Shown here in pieces: positions 27,288 to 35,102 of a stretch of 35,637 nt of DNA. A program made the translations under genes and the position numbers. The notes beneath the pieces were generated by a model that saw only the letters and a list, made by a program, of their open reading frames with translations, ran no database searches and was not told the origin of the DNA. Origin of the DNA: a virus (Duplodnaviria; Caudoviricetes); IMG/VR virus record IMGVR_UViG_3300016484_000704, positions 1-35,637 of that record. The stretch is one strand, 5' to 3'. Every line of letters starts with the position of its first letter. The stretch's first letter is position 1.

Positions 27288-27868
27288 CTACAACTATTCA
27301 CCCAAGCACGCCGGCAAAGTCTCGATTCGGTGGGCGGTACGCCTACGCGCTTGACTACATCGAACTCAAGCCATACTCCACGCACTACCTGTACATCTTC
27401 AATCGCGTAGGCGCTACTGTTGAGATTCGCACCGAAACTCACAGCGACATCACAGAGCGATTCAAGTACGAGTGGGATGAGTGGGACGCCACCGTCAAGC
27501 GCGAAACCGTAGCTGACGTTCGAAAGCTTAGATCAGCTCGCGCGGCCGAGTCGCTTCTTTCATCTTTCTACGCTGATGACTACTCGAGCGTGCTGCCGAT
27601 GCCAAAACCAAGTGTACTCGGCGCCGTCACCATGAGCTGGGCTGCAGACATCTTGAGCCGAACCGATGGATACGGGTGGATCTACCAGAACGACGAGATC
27701 TGCATCTACCGCCCGGGAATGACCATCGACGTGACTCAAGCAGGGGCAGATCTCGATGACCTGTACAAGCTTACCCGCACGGCTGTAAACAGCGGCGCAG
27801 CAACGCGGTACGTCAGCAATCACCCCGAGCTCTACACGGCGATACGGGAGCTTCTTGAAGAGGTCTAG
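27284..27868 (+). CDS. Hypothetical protein
   Basis: 194 aa ORF, GTGA-coupled. Confidence 0.75.
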   Translation: MTTTIHPSTPAKSRFGGRYAYALDYIELKPYSTHYLYIFNRVGATVEIRTETHSDITERFKYEWDEWDATVKRETVADVRKLRSARAAESLLSSFYADDYSSVLPMPKPSVLGAVTMSWAADILSRTDGYGWIYQNDEICIYRPGMTIDVTQAGADLDDLYKLTRTAVNSGAATRYVSNHPELYTAIRELLEEV

Positions 27869-27895
27869 TTCTACCTCTCAGATAGAATAGCTCCC

Positions 27896-28465
27896 ATGAC
27901 CACGATGGCAGCTGTTCAAGGGCACGGCTGGGCAGTTATTGGTGTCGACTCCCGCGTCGTCGAGGACCGCGGTCGAGTATTCACGCTGCCCGCGAGTCAG
28001 TCAAAACTTCTTCGCCGTGGCCCGTACATCATGAGTGCGGCAGGCGACCTTCGCGCGGTCAACATTCTCGAACACGTATTCGACCCGCCAAACCCAAGCG
28101 ACAAAACCGGGCGCAAGCTCGATCGCTTCATGTCAACAGTGTTCTTGCCCGAGCTCAAGGACTGCTTCGAGTCAGCCGGTTACGGCAAGGACCATTCGCA
28201 CAGCTCGACGATCTTCGTCTGCGTCAATGGCGTCATCTATGAACTCGGCGAGGACTACAGCTACATGCGGGACTCAATCGGCCTGTACGCTTCCGGGTCT
28301 GGCGGAGACTACGCGCTTGGCGCACTGCACACTCTTATTGAAGACCCAATCGACGCCCGTGACGTGGAACATGCCAAGGCCGCGGTAAAGTACGCGCTTG
28401 GCGTTGCTGGCAAGCTCGACAATGGAACAGGCCCGCCGTACACGATCGCGGTTCAATATCCATAG
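27896..28465 (+). CDS. Proteasome beta-subunit/HslV-like N-terminal threonine (Ntn) protease
   Basis: M-T-T N-terminus, GVDSR, conserved K, AGD, SGSGGDYALGAL, D..TG. Confidence 0.88.
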   Translation: MTTMAAVQGHGWAVIGVDSRVVEDRGRVFTLPASQSKLLRRGPYIMSAAGDLRAVNILEHVFDPPNPSDKTGRKLDRFMSTVFLPELKDCFESAGYGKDHSHSSTIFVCVNGVIYELGEDYSYMRDSIGLYASGSGGDYALGALHTLIEDPIDARDVEHAKAAVKYALGVAGKLDNGTGPPYTIAVQYP

Positions 28466-28506
28466 GCACTTGATATAATAGCGCTAGAGACGAAAGGAGG
28501 TACGCA

Positions 28507-28677
28507 ATGAACTGCCCGTACGTCAATGTATTTGCGCCGACAGGCGAGTGGCTCGGTATGTTCATGAGCGACGAGCTCGCGCGGGACTGGCTTCAAAAGA
28601 CAAAAAGAGACGTAACGACACACGAGGTGGCGCCGGTTGGCGAGCGTGAAGCTCGAACGACCAAGGCGCCCGCGTGA
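28507..28677 (+). CDS. 56-aa hypothetical protein
   Basis: AAGGAGGT RBS after promoter 28469; MNCPYVNVFAPTGEWLGMF... Confidence 0.7.
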   Translation: MNCPYVNVFAPTGEWLGMFMSDELARDWLQKTKRDVTTHEVAPVGEREARTTKAPA

Positions 28678-28898
28678 AGGTCGGCGACACTTGCTTTCAC
28701 TTCGAGCTCGACGTAACGGACGAAGGCAACGTCGTCTGCTATACATGCGGCAGGCCGTTCTGCGCTGTTCCGAGCTGCCCGGTGCTTGCGGACTTTATCT
28801 CAGAAGGCAAGCTAGCTTACTGCTCAGAACATATTCTCGACGACGAGCCGCGAAACGGAGAATCCCTCTGTGAGCAAGAAGAAGCACGAAGCTCCTGA
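28674..28898 (+). CDS. Cys-rich hypothetical protein
   Basis: C.H...CYTC..C...C...YCSEH; GTGA overlap. Confidence 0.6.
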   Translation: MKVGDTCFHFELDVTDEGNVVCYTCGRPFCAVPSCPVLADFISEGKLAYCSEHILDDEPRNGESLCEQEEARSS

Positions 28899-29175
28899 AG
28901 ACTACAAGGGTCCACGCACACCGATTCGACTTCGCTCGCGTTGCGGATGGTGCATGGGCGAAGAGCTTGACTCAGAGCAGCACGCGAAATGCAAGCGGGA
29001 AACAGCCTGGTACGAAAAGCTGTGGGTTTGCGGTTGTCCCTGCGCGGATGAACATTGGAACACTGTAGCGAAGGTAGAGACTAGTGACGACGCTAACGAC
29101 GATGGCGAAGCCGAGAGGGTTGCCGGCGAAGATAGTAGCGAGGCACCTGCGAGCAGCGATGAGGCAGGGAGCTAG
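28870..29175 (+). CDS. Zinc-binding hypothetical protein
   Basis: CGWC...H..C...CGCPC; acidic tail. Confidence 0.7.
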   Translation: MSKKKHEAPEDYKGPRTPIRLRSRCGWCMGEELDSEQHAKCKRETAWYEKLWVCGCPCADEHWNTVAKVETSDDANDDGEAERVAGEDSSEAPASSDEAGS

Positions 29176-29677
29176 CTACAAGGACGTCGAGGCGCGGACT
29201 GGAGTCAGCGAGCGCACGATCCGATATGTTCTTAGCGCTCCGCCCGATCGCGTTGTGTATCGCCGAACAGCCTCGAGGCTCATGTCGCTGCCTCTGCTGC
29301 CTGCAAGTAAGCGCATGGTGCCTGGTGTAGGCACGCGCAGACGAATCGAAGCTCTAGCTTTGCTTGGGTGGACTCGAGGAGAGATCGCCGAGCGCGCGGG
29401 AGTCTCAAAGTCGACGCTTCGGCCGGTCAATATGCGCCGAAAGGTCTATGCAAGCACAGCAAGCGCGGTGGCTCGTGTCTACAACGAGCTGAGAATGACT
29501 CCGCGGACTGGCTGGCAGGCTGAGAGGATCATCAAGCTGTCCCGCGAGCTCGGGTATGTTCCCGGGTGGGCTTGGAGGCAAGGAGACCTCGACTCCGAGC
29601 TCGCTCAGCCCAATCTATCCTTGATCGAAGATTCGGCATGGCGAAATGCGATCAAAAACCGGATCTACCCGATATAA
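29102..29677 (+). CDS. Double-HTH DNA-binding protein
   Basis: SYKDVEARTGVSERTI and RRRIEALALLGWTRGEIAERAGVS; stop lies inside repeat 29668; start may be GTG 29084. Confidence 0.85.
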   Translation: MAKPRGLPAKIVARHLRAAMRQGASYKDVEARTGVSERTIRYVLSAPPDRVVYRRTASRLMSLPLLPASKRMVPGVGTRRRIEALALLGWTRGEIAERAGVSKSTLRPVNMRRKVYASTASAVARVYNELRMTPRTGWQAERIIKLSRELGYVPGWAWRQGDLDSELAQPNLSLIEDSAWRNAIKNRIYPI

Positions 29678-29708
29678 TAGATCTACAGCACCGACCAAGG
29701 AGGTAGAG

Positions 29709-29879
29709 ATGAACGACATTCGACTCACGCGGCGCGGCAAGATCGTTCTCGCTCTCGCGATCATTGCTACAGCCATTGGCGTCAACTCTCTCGTCTGGGG
29801 CAAGAACATTGCCTGCGACTGGCGCGGAGGGTCAATTGAACCGTGCACGGTTCAGCCAATGATTCCGGAGACGAGGTGA
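29709..29879 (+). CDS. Small membrane protein
   Basis: AAGGAGG RBS; RLTRRGK followed by a TM helix. Confidence 0.75.
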   Translation: MNDIRLTRRGKIVLALAIIATAIGVNSLVWGKNIACDWRGGSIEPCTVQPMIPETR

Positions 29880-29887
29880 GCTAGCTG

Positions 29888-30178
29888 ATGGTGTTCTACG
29901 TCTTCAGCCAAAACAATAGCGGAGGCAACTTCATCAACCCGGCGATCGTCGTAGCCGTCGAAGCACAGAGTGCCGACGAAGCAAACCGCAAGGCAGAGAA
30001 GATCGGAGTCTACTTCGACTCCGAGCGAGACTGCCCGTGCTGCGGAAGCCGCTGGGATGCGGTTGATGAGTGGAGTGAGATGTTCAATACCTTTCCCGAC
30101 GTCATCGATGCGCACTTGACATATGCGAAGGAGCAATCCGAGTACGGAGATGTTCCCGCAATGATTCTGGTCATCTAA
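29888..30178 (+). CDS. Conserved-type phage protein
   Basis: F.QNNSGG.F...EA.S..EA...YFD...DCPCCG.RW motif. Confidence 0.85.
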   Translation: MVFYVFSQNNSGGNFINPAIVVAVEAQSADEANRKAEKIGVYFDSERDCPCCGSRWDAVDEWSEMFNTFPDVIDAHLTYAKEQSEYGDVPAMILVI

Positions 30179-30379
30179 ACTTCCAATGTACTTTTTACTC
30201 AACCTGTAGTACTGTAGATCCCGTGCGGTACGAAACGACGAGGTGACATGATCGACAACAAAACTTCGGCAGGCAGAGATCTCCTTGCCGAAGCTGCGCA
30301 GCTAATCTCTCGAGCTCGAGAGGAGCTAGCAGCTGTACCACAACAAACAACAGAACGACACTCCGAGGAGAAGACAGCA

Positions 30380-30583
30380 ATGGATACAACCAGCACAGCG
30401 AGCGCAAGCCAGGCGGCTTCGCTCTACACTTCAGGTAAGTCCGTCGTCGAGGTCGCATCCGAGCTCGGCATCACGTACGGTAAGGCCCGTAAGCTCATCG
30501 TCGATTCCGGTACGCCGATTCGCGATGCCAGCTCAAGGCTCAAGGGGCGCACGCGCAAGCCTGCGACCGGCGAGGTAAGCTAA
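30380..30583 (+). CDS. Small HTH DNA-binding protein (frame open from 30248)
   Basis: LYTSGKSVVEVASELGITYGKARKLI..G..IR; GAGGAG RBS. Confidence 0.8.
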   Translation: MDTTSTASASQAASLYTSGKSVVEVASELGITYGKARKLIVDSGTPIRDASSRLKGRTRKPATGEVS

Positions 30584-30586
30584 GAC

Positions 30587-30748
30587 GTGAAGCGTCGCCG
30601 CGTCGCAATCTTTCCGATCGTTGCCGCAGCTCTTGGCGCGGTCGGTCTGCTTCTACTCGCGTTTAGCTCGCCGACACGTGTAGAGAACGCGATTGGTCTG
30701 CTGATTGCCAGCGTCACCATCGCGGTTCTTTCTCTTCGCGAGGAATAA
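30587..30748 (+). CDS. Two-TM small membrane protein
   Basis: MKRRR followed by two hydrophobic segments; GAGGT upstream. Confidence 0.65.
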   Translation: MKRRRVAIFPIVAAALGAVGLLLLAFSSPTRVENAIGLLIASVTIAVLSLREE

Positions 30749-30762
30749 GCTCAGCTCAACGC

Positions 30763-30805
30763 GCAAAGGCGCCGTCCATCGAAATGATGGGCGGCGCTTT
30801 TGCTT
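30763..30805 (+). terminator. Intrinsic terminator
   Basis: GCAAAGGCGCCGTCCATC/GATGGGCGGCGCTTTTGC. Confidence 0.7.
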
Positions 30806-30898
30806 GCGCCTAAACTCCTAGTACGGCACCGCCTAACTCCAGTTCCTGATATAATAGTACTAACGCCGGGGGACACCGGCCAGGGACAAGGAGACGAA

Positions 30899-31039
30899 AT
30901 GACGAAGACCGCCACGCAGATCTGCGAGTGGTTTGCCCGCTGCGACAAGCCCGCCGATGGAACCGTCTACCACCCGATCATCGGATCGGTGCCCACCTGC
31001 AAGCGGTGCGCCGAGAAGCTGGAGCTCACTTTCGAGTGA
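30899..31039 (+). CDS. 46-aa zinc-finger-like protein
   Basis: CEWFARC...HP..G.VPTCKRC; AAGGAG RBS. Confidence 0.75.
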   Translation: MTKTATQICEWFARCDKPADGTVYHPIIGSVPTCKRCAEKLELTFE

Positions 31040-31128
31040 GCTTCAGCTCCCTGAACTTCAGACCTGATATAATAGTACTAACGCCGGAACGACGAACCGG
31101 CGAAAACGACGAAACGACGGAGGACAAA

Positions 31129-31371
31129 ATGAACTCGAAGTGGTGCCTGCTGAAGGAGTCTGACGGGGCTCGCGGAGCCAACGGCAAGAAGAAGGTGTAC
31201 GAGATCGTGATCGACGGATCGATCGTGCGGACCTCGTGGGGAATGGCCGAGAAGACTCGGCGCCAGCACTCCTCGCAGTACTTCGCCACCGAGTCCGCGG
31301 CGCGGCAGTTCGCGCTCAACAAGCGCTACGAGAAGCTCGCCAAGGGCTACGAGCTCGCTTACGCGGTCTGA
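31129..31371 (+). CDS. Stand-alone WGR-domain protein
   Basis: K.YEI.I.G..V...WG.......F.T...A........EKL.KGY. Confidence 0.8.
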   Translation: MNSKWCLLKESDGARGANGKKKVYEIVIDGSIVRTSWGMAEKTRRQHSSQYFATESAARQFALNKRYEKLAKGYELAYAV

Positions 31372-31391
31372 GAAGGGAATGGAGCGCCTAC

Positions 31392-31538
31392 ATGACAACC
31401 ATCCGTGGATTCTACCACTGCCCGTCATGTAGGCGGCTCCATTCATTCTCTGGCGGCTTTCTGAGGGTGCATTGCCCGTGCGGGTTGGTCATCGACCAGC
31501 TCAAGGTCGCTCAAGGGTCAGTCGAGCGCCCATCCTGA
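31392..31538 (+). CDS. Small zinc-ribbon protein
   Basis: CPSC...CPCG; GGAG RBS; its stop is the TGA of repeat 31534. Confidence 0.6.
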   Translation: MTTIRGFYHCPSCRRLHSFSGGFLRVHCPCGLVIDQLKVAQGSVERPS

Positions 31539-31578
31539 TATAATAGTTCTATAAGGACGCCAACGACTGGAGGACGCA

Positions 31579-31710
31579 ATGGACAGCAGGATCGATCGCC
31601 AGGGCCGGACACTTCACTACGGCCAGGTCGCCTTCAACGGCCAGTGCGACTACGAAGGGTGCAAGCACCACCGATTCTCTGGCCGGTTCTGCGCCAGCCA
31701 TCAGCGCTAG
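31579..31710 (+). CDS. 43-aa C..C...C..H protein
   Basis: GGAGG RBS; CDYEGC...RFCASH. Confidence 0.65.
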   Translation: MDSRIDRQGRTLHYGQVAFNGQCDYEGCKHHRFSGRFCASHQR

Positions 31711-31732
31711 ACGAGACGAAGGGAGCACGGCA

Positions 31733-31933
31733 TTGGCTAACACCACCGTCACCATGATGCCCGCCATCGAGTGGGAGATCCCAGACGGCGCCGGAATCGA
31801 AAGCGGCGTCACAGTTCTCTGGCCCGACACGCCGGACCCGAAGAACACCGAGCTCAACATCATCCGCTCGGTCATCAACCAGGGTGGAACCTGGACCAAG
31901 ACCATCGTCGCGGTTGCCACTCGCGTCGACTAG
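31733..31933 (+). CDS. Hypothetical protein
   Basis: GACGAAGGGAG leader before a TTG start. Confidence 0.65.
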   Translation: MANTTVTMMPAIEWEIPDGAGIESGVTVLWPDTPDPKNTELNIIRSVINQGGTWTKTIVAVATRVD

Positions 31934-31996
31934 CTTGACCTGATATAATAGTACCATCGCCAGGGGAACCTGGCAAACGACGAAGGGACACCGAAC

Positions 31997-32242
31997 ATGG
32001 CAACTCTCATCACCAACGACATCGCCGGCCGCTGGGTCGACGGCCTCTCGCTCGTCACCTCAGACATCGGAATGATCTGGGCCGGCGAGTTCGTCACGAC
32101 GCTGGGCGACGGCAAGGTTGCCGACTTCGTGAGCTCCGCACTCGTCGCGGGCGCCAAGCTCGAGGAGGTTCGCCTCTGGAACTCCAAGACCGAGGAGCTC
32201 ATCATCGCCGAGCCCATCGAGTGCGTCGTCAACAGCCTCTAA
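31997..32242 (+). CDS. Hypothetical protein
   Basis: Promoter 31939 with ACGACGAAGGGAC leader. Confidence 0.75.
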   Translation: MATLITNDIAGRWVDGLSLVTSDIGMIWAGEFVTTLGDGKVADFVSSALVAGAKLEEVRLWNSKTEELIIAEPIECVVNSL

Positions 32243-32246
32243 GCTT

Positions 32247-32296
32247 CACGAGCACTGGCCCTCCCGGGTGACTACCCCTCGGGAGGGTTGCTCGTG
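32247..32296 (+). terminator. Extended stem-loop before promoter 32305
   Basis: CACGAGCA/TGCTCGTG enclosing CCCTCCCG/CGGGAGGG. Confidence 0.6.
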
Positions 32297-32341
32297 TACG
32301 GGCACCTGATATAATAGTACTACAACGACGACGAAAGGACG

Positions 32342-32926
32342 GTGAACGACATGGCAACAGCCACAATTGCACCCGCCACCGGCGCGCAGGTCAGCTACAT
32401 TCGCAACCTGCTCGAGCTCCGCGTGGTCGACGAGGTCGCGGCCTCCATCATCCGGGACAGCATCCCGCTCATGAGCAAGGCAGACGCCAGCCGCACAATC
32501 GACCACCTCAAGACGCTGCCGATCGCGCCCAAGTACACGCCGGCCAGCTCACCCTCACCCGCTCAGTCAGCTCTCGCGGGCATCCCCAAGAGCAAGTACG
32601 CGATCCCCGTCGAAGAACTTGAGTTCCTCGAGCTCGACGCATCCGCGAGCATTCACGGCGACCTCCTCTTCATCGAGGTGCGCGAGTACATGCGCACGCT
32701 CTACATGCGTCGCCTCACCGGCAGCGTGGGTTCATTCACTCGCCACAAGCTCACGCACAAGGACACGCTCACGCTCGTCGAACTCATCGAGCGCGACCCC
32801 TACAGGTACGCCCGGCTCTTCGGGCTGCACTACAGCTGCTGCGGTAAGTGTGGAGCCGAGCTCACCGACCCCGTCAGCCGTAAGCTCCAGCTCGGCCCCG
32901 AGTGCCGCAAGGCGTTCGGCTTCTAG
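32342..32926 (+). CDS. DUF6011-like zinc-finger protein
   Basis: C-terminal CGKCGAELTDPVSR..QLGPEC; N-terminal AT.AQ..YI..LL...SK..AS..I..LK. Confidence 0.85.
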   Translation: MNDMATATIAPATGAQVSYIRNLLELRVVDEVAASIIRDSIPLMSKADASRTIDHLKTLPIAPKYTPASSPSPAQSALAGIPKSKYAIPVEELEFLELDASASIHGDLLFIEVREYMRTLYMRRLTGSVGSFTRHKLTHKDTLTLVELIERDPYRYARLFGLHYSCCGKCGAELTDPVSRKLQLGPECRKAFGF

Positions 32927-32936
32927 CTCACGACGC

Positions 32937-32972
32937 AGCGCACTTCGCCTCAATCTCGAGGCGGAGTGCGCT
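32937..32972 (+). terminator. Hairpin closing the cassette region
   Basis: AGCGCACTTCGCCTC/GAGGCGGAGTGCGCT. Confidence 0.6.
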
Positions 32973-33005
32973 TGCCCGTGATACGATCAACACTCGTTCA
33001 AGGAG

Positions 33006-33203
33006 GTGCACATGGATGACGCGGTAGCAGGGTACAAGCTCATCGCCACAAAGAAACAAGACCGCGGCGACACGATCAACTACACTCGCATCGTCAAGCC
33101 AGACGAAAAGCACGGAGTCAAGCGCATGCTCGAAGAGCAAGGCTACGAAGTTGAGGTAGTCGAGGCAAGCGAAGAAGAAATGCGGCAAGCCGAACAAGCG
33201 TAG
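33006..33203 (+). CDS. Hypothetical protein (ATG 33012 is a likely start)
   Basis: AAGGAGG RBS; TG-A-TACGAT upstream. Confidence 0.7.
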   Translation: MHMDDAVAGYKLIATKKQDRGDTINYTRIVKPDEKHGVKRMLEEQGYEVEVVEASEEEMRQAEQA

Positions 33204-33252
33204 CCGCTGCCGTAAACAGACACAGAGACACAGAGAAGAAGGAGACAAGCCT

Positions 33253-33639
33253 ATGTGGCTATTCACGCAAGATGGATTCATTAGCATCGTCGCGCATCGA
33301 CGCAAGCACGACGTCGCACTCGTTCGAGCACGTGACGCCGAGTCGCTACTGCCACTCGTCGCGTACAGCGACAGCCCCGACCTGCCTAATGAGATCACGC
33401 GCACACCCGACGCGGACTACCCTTACCGCCTCGAGATCGCATGGCGCCAGCTGTCCAAGTACCTCGTCGACCAGGTCTACAGCATCACCTACGACAACTT
33501 CAAGAACCAGGTGCACGATACACGCGGTGACGACTTCGCAGCGCCACTGCACAAGGTCTGGTCAGTCATGCACGAGGTCGAAGACTCGAGTGCACGGCAG
33601 ACGCAGAAGCGCGGAAAGGTCGCAGCAACAATGACCTGA
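33253..33639 (+). CDS. Conserved-type hypothetical protein
   Basis: MWLFT..GF.S.V...VRAR...DY.YR...I.Y.NFK motif; AAGGAG RBS. Confidence 0.85.
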   Translation: MWLFTQDGFISIVAHRRKHDVALVRARDAESLLPLVAYSDSPDLPNEITRTPDADYPYRLEIAWRQLSKYLVDQVYSITYDNFKNQVHDTRGDDFAAPLHKVWSVMHEVEDSSARQTQKRGKVAATMT

Positions 33640-33673
33640 CGCGCTTGTCCTGTCCCCGAGAGAAAGGAAACAC

Positions 33674-34354
33674 ATGAGTAACACTGATAGCAATAGACAG
33701 AGCCGTCGAACGCTACTCGTAGCATTCGGCATCGTGGCAATCGTAGCAGCGACAGTGTTCGCAATGCTTTCCTACAACTCGCACCAAGCCGGCGCAGCGA
33801 CAAGCTCGACGACAAAGCAAGCCGTCGCGGCTAGCGCGACAAGCGCGGTGAACACGACAACGACAATGACCGTAGCAACAACGACCAGACAAAAGGACGA
33901 CAAGCCAAAGCCCGAGCCAAAACCAAAACCAGAGTGGAAGTGCAAGAACCAGCTCGCGAACGTACTACATGCGGCAGGCTTCACTGGCTACTCACACCAG
34001 ATGGCATGGGCAATCACGATGCGCGAATCCAAGGGACAAAACCTTGACGAGTCGTCGCCCTGGTACACTGGCGCGCTCGGCATCTGGCAGATCCAAACCT
34101 CCGCGCACTCCGGCAAGCCCTGGTGGTCACGCGGTGCAATGCTCGACCCGTATACGCAGTCGCGCATCGTCTACAAGCACATGACCAACAAGGGCAAGTA
34201 CTGGGTCCCGTGGGGACTTAACTCCGACGGCTCACTCAACACTTCGCAATACGGTGGATGGTCTTCATGGCAGCATGAGAATTGGATCATGGCCCCGTTT
34301 CGTCAGTTCATGAGCGAGTACCCGTGCAAGAGCACACCACCGAAGAAAGGCTAG
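33674..34354 (+). CDS. Membrane-anchored or secreted lytic transglycosylase (lysozyme-like fold)
   Basis: N-terminal TM, Thr-rich and PKPE linker, AWAITMRES (catalytic Glu), GIWQI, DP...W.PW. Confidence 0.85.
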   Translation: MSNTDSNRQSRRTLLVAFGIVAIVAATVFAMLSYNSHQAGAATSSTTKQAVAASATSAVNTTTTMTVATTTRQKDDKPKPEPKPKPEWKCKNQLANVLHAAGFTGYSHQMAWAITMRESKGQNLDESSPWYTGALGIWQIQTSAHSGKPWWSRGAMLDPYTQSRIVYKHMTNKGKYWVPWGLNSDGSLNTSQYGGWSSWQHENWIMAPFRQFMSEYPCKSTPPKKG

Positions 34355-34383
34355 CAAGCCGATAGTAAGAAGGGACGCACAAC

Positions 34384-34695
34384 ATGGCAGCAACCAAGCC
34401 GAAGACACCAACAGACGACGAGATCCTCGCAGCACTTCGCGTGCTCGAGGAACTCGGCTCACGCGACGACTACGCTTATCAGAAGCTGGCGCAGAAGCTC
34501 CCAAAGGCAAAGCGCCCACCGATAAGCAACCCGATAACGGCAAACCTGTCTCTGATTGGCAACGAGGATATCTACGACGTGCCTAACGCGACGATGGACA
34601 AGATCGAAGCAGCAGTCAAGGCAGCATGGAAGCCAGTGACCGCCAAGATCGGAGCAAAGACGTACACCGTTGAGTTCAACGACATCGAGTTCTAG
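34384..34695 (+). CDS. Hypothetical protein
   Basis: AAGGGA RBS. Confidence 0.75.
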   Translation: MAATKPKTPTDDEILAALRVLEELGSRDDYAYQKLAQKLPKAKRPPISNPITANLSLIGNEDIYDVPNATMDKIEAAVKAAWKPVTAKIGAKTYTVEFNDIEF

Positions 34696-34713
34696 CGCAA
34701 CAACAGCTGCACG

Positions 34714-34750
34714 GGAAGGGCCCTCGAGCAATCGAGGGTCCTTTCCTTTG
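34714..34750 (+). terminator. Intrinsic terminator
   Basis: GGAAGGGCCCTCGA-GCAA-TCGAGGGTCCTTTCC followed by TTT. Confidence 0.7.
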
Positions 34751-34823
34751 CGGTCACGTCGACACACACGCCCCTATAATTGTGACGATCAGCAGCACGC
34801 CACAAGGAAGGGACACCACGATC

Positions 34824-35069
34824 GTGGCACAAGCCAAGGCAAGCAAGACCGCAGCAGCCAAGAAGCCTGCGGCAAAGAAGCCTGCAGCCAAGAAGGCAGC
34901 TACGCCGGCCGCCAAGAAGCCAGCTGCCAAGAAGCCAGCCGCCGCCAAGAAGGCAGCAGCTACGCCGACCAAGCCTCGCGCCAAGAAGGCAGCAGCGCCA
35001 GCTTCTGCGGCAACACCCAGCCCGAAGCCCAAGCTGAGCGAGCGCATCCGCGCCTGGCTCGGCCTGTAA
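34824..35069 (+). CDS. Histone H1-like Lys/Ala/Pro-rich protein
   Basis: AAKKP repeats; TATAAT at 34775 and AAGGAAGGGA RBS before GTG 34824. Confidence 0.8.
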   Translation: MAQAKASKTAAAKKPAAKKPAAKKAATPAAKKPAAKKPAAAKKAAATPTKPRAKKAAAPASAATPSPKPKLSERIRAWLGL

Positions 35070-35102
35070 ACTACAGCCAGCCAACAAGAAAGAAGCTTGC
35101 CG

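Larger units (their letters stand above)
15671..32317 (+). promoter_or_regulatory. 24 dispersed copies of the extended -10 promoter repeat CCTGATATAATAG(TAC)
   Basis: Starts at 15671, 15977, 17574, 18082, 19205, 21187, 21374, 21709, 22406, 22699, 23151, 23691, 24437, 25621, 26000, 26316, 26890, 28469, 29668, 30845, 31063, 31534, 31939 and 32305; all on +; core TG-A-TATAAT (CG-A-TATAAT at 29668). Confidence 0.92.

Noticed and set aside
30204-30222. CCTGTAGTACTGTAGATC as a 25th promoter repeat
   Set aside because: It shares the flanks but lacks TATAAT and has different spacing; possibly a weak variant, so not counted
15671-32317. CCTGATATAATAG repeats as a CRISPR array
   Set aside because: Repeats are only 13-16 bp and are separated by 0.2-2 kb of whole genes; no cas genes are present
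15671-32317. The repeat as a dif/Xer, loxP or attC site
   Set aside because: It lacks two inverted 11-13 bp arms around a spacer and the attC R/L box structure; no recombinase in the window; it fits an extended -10 directly
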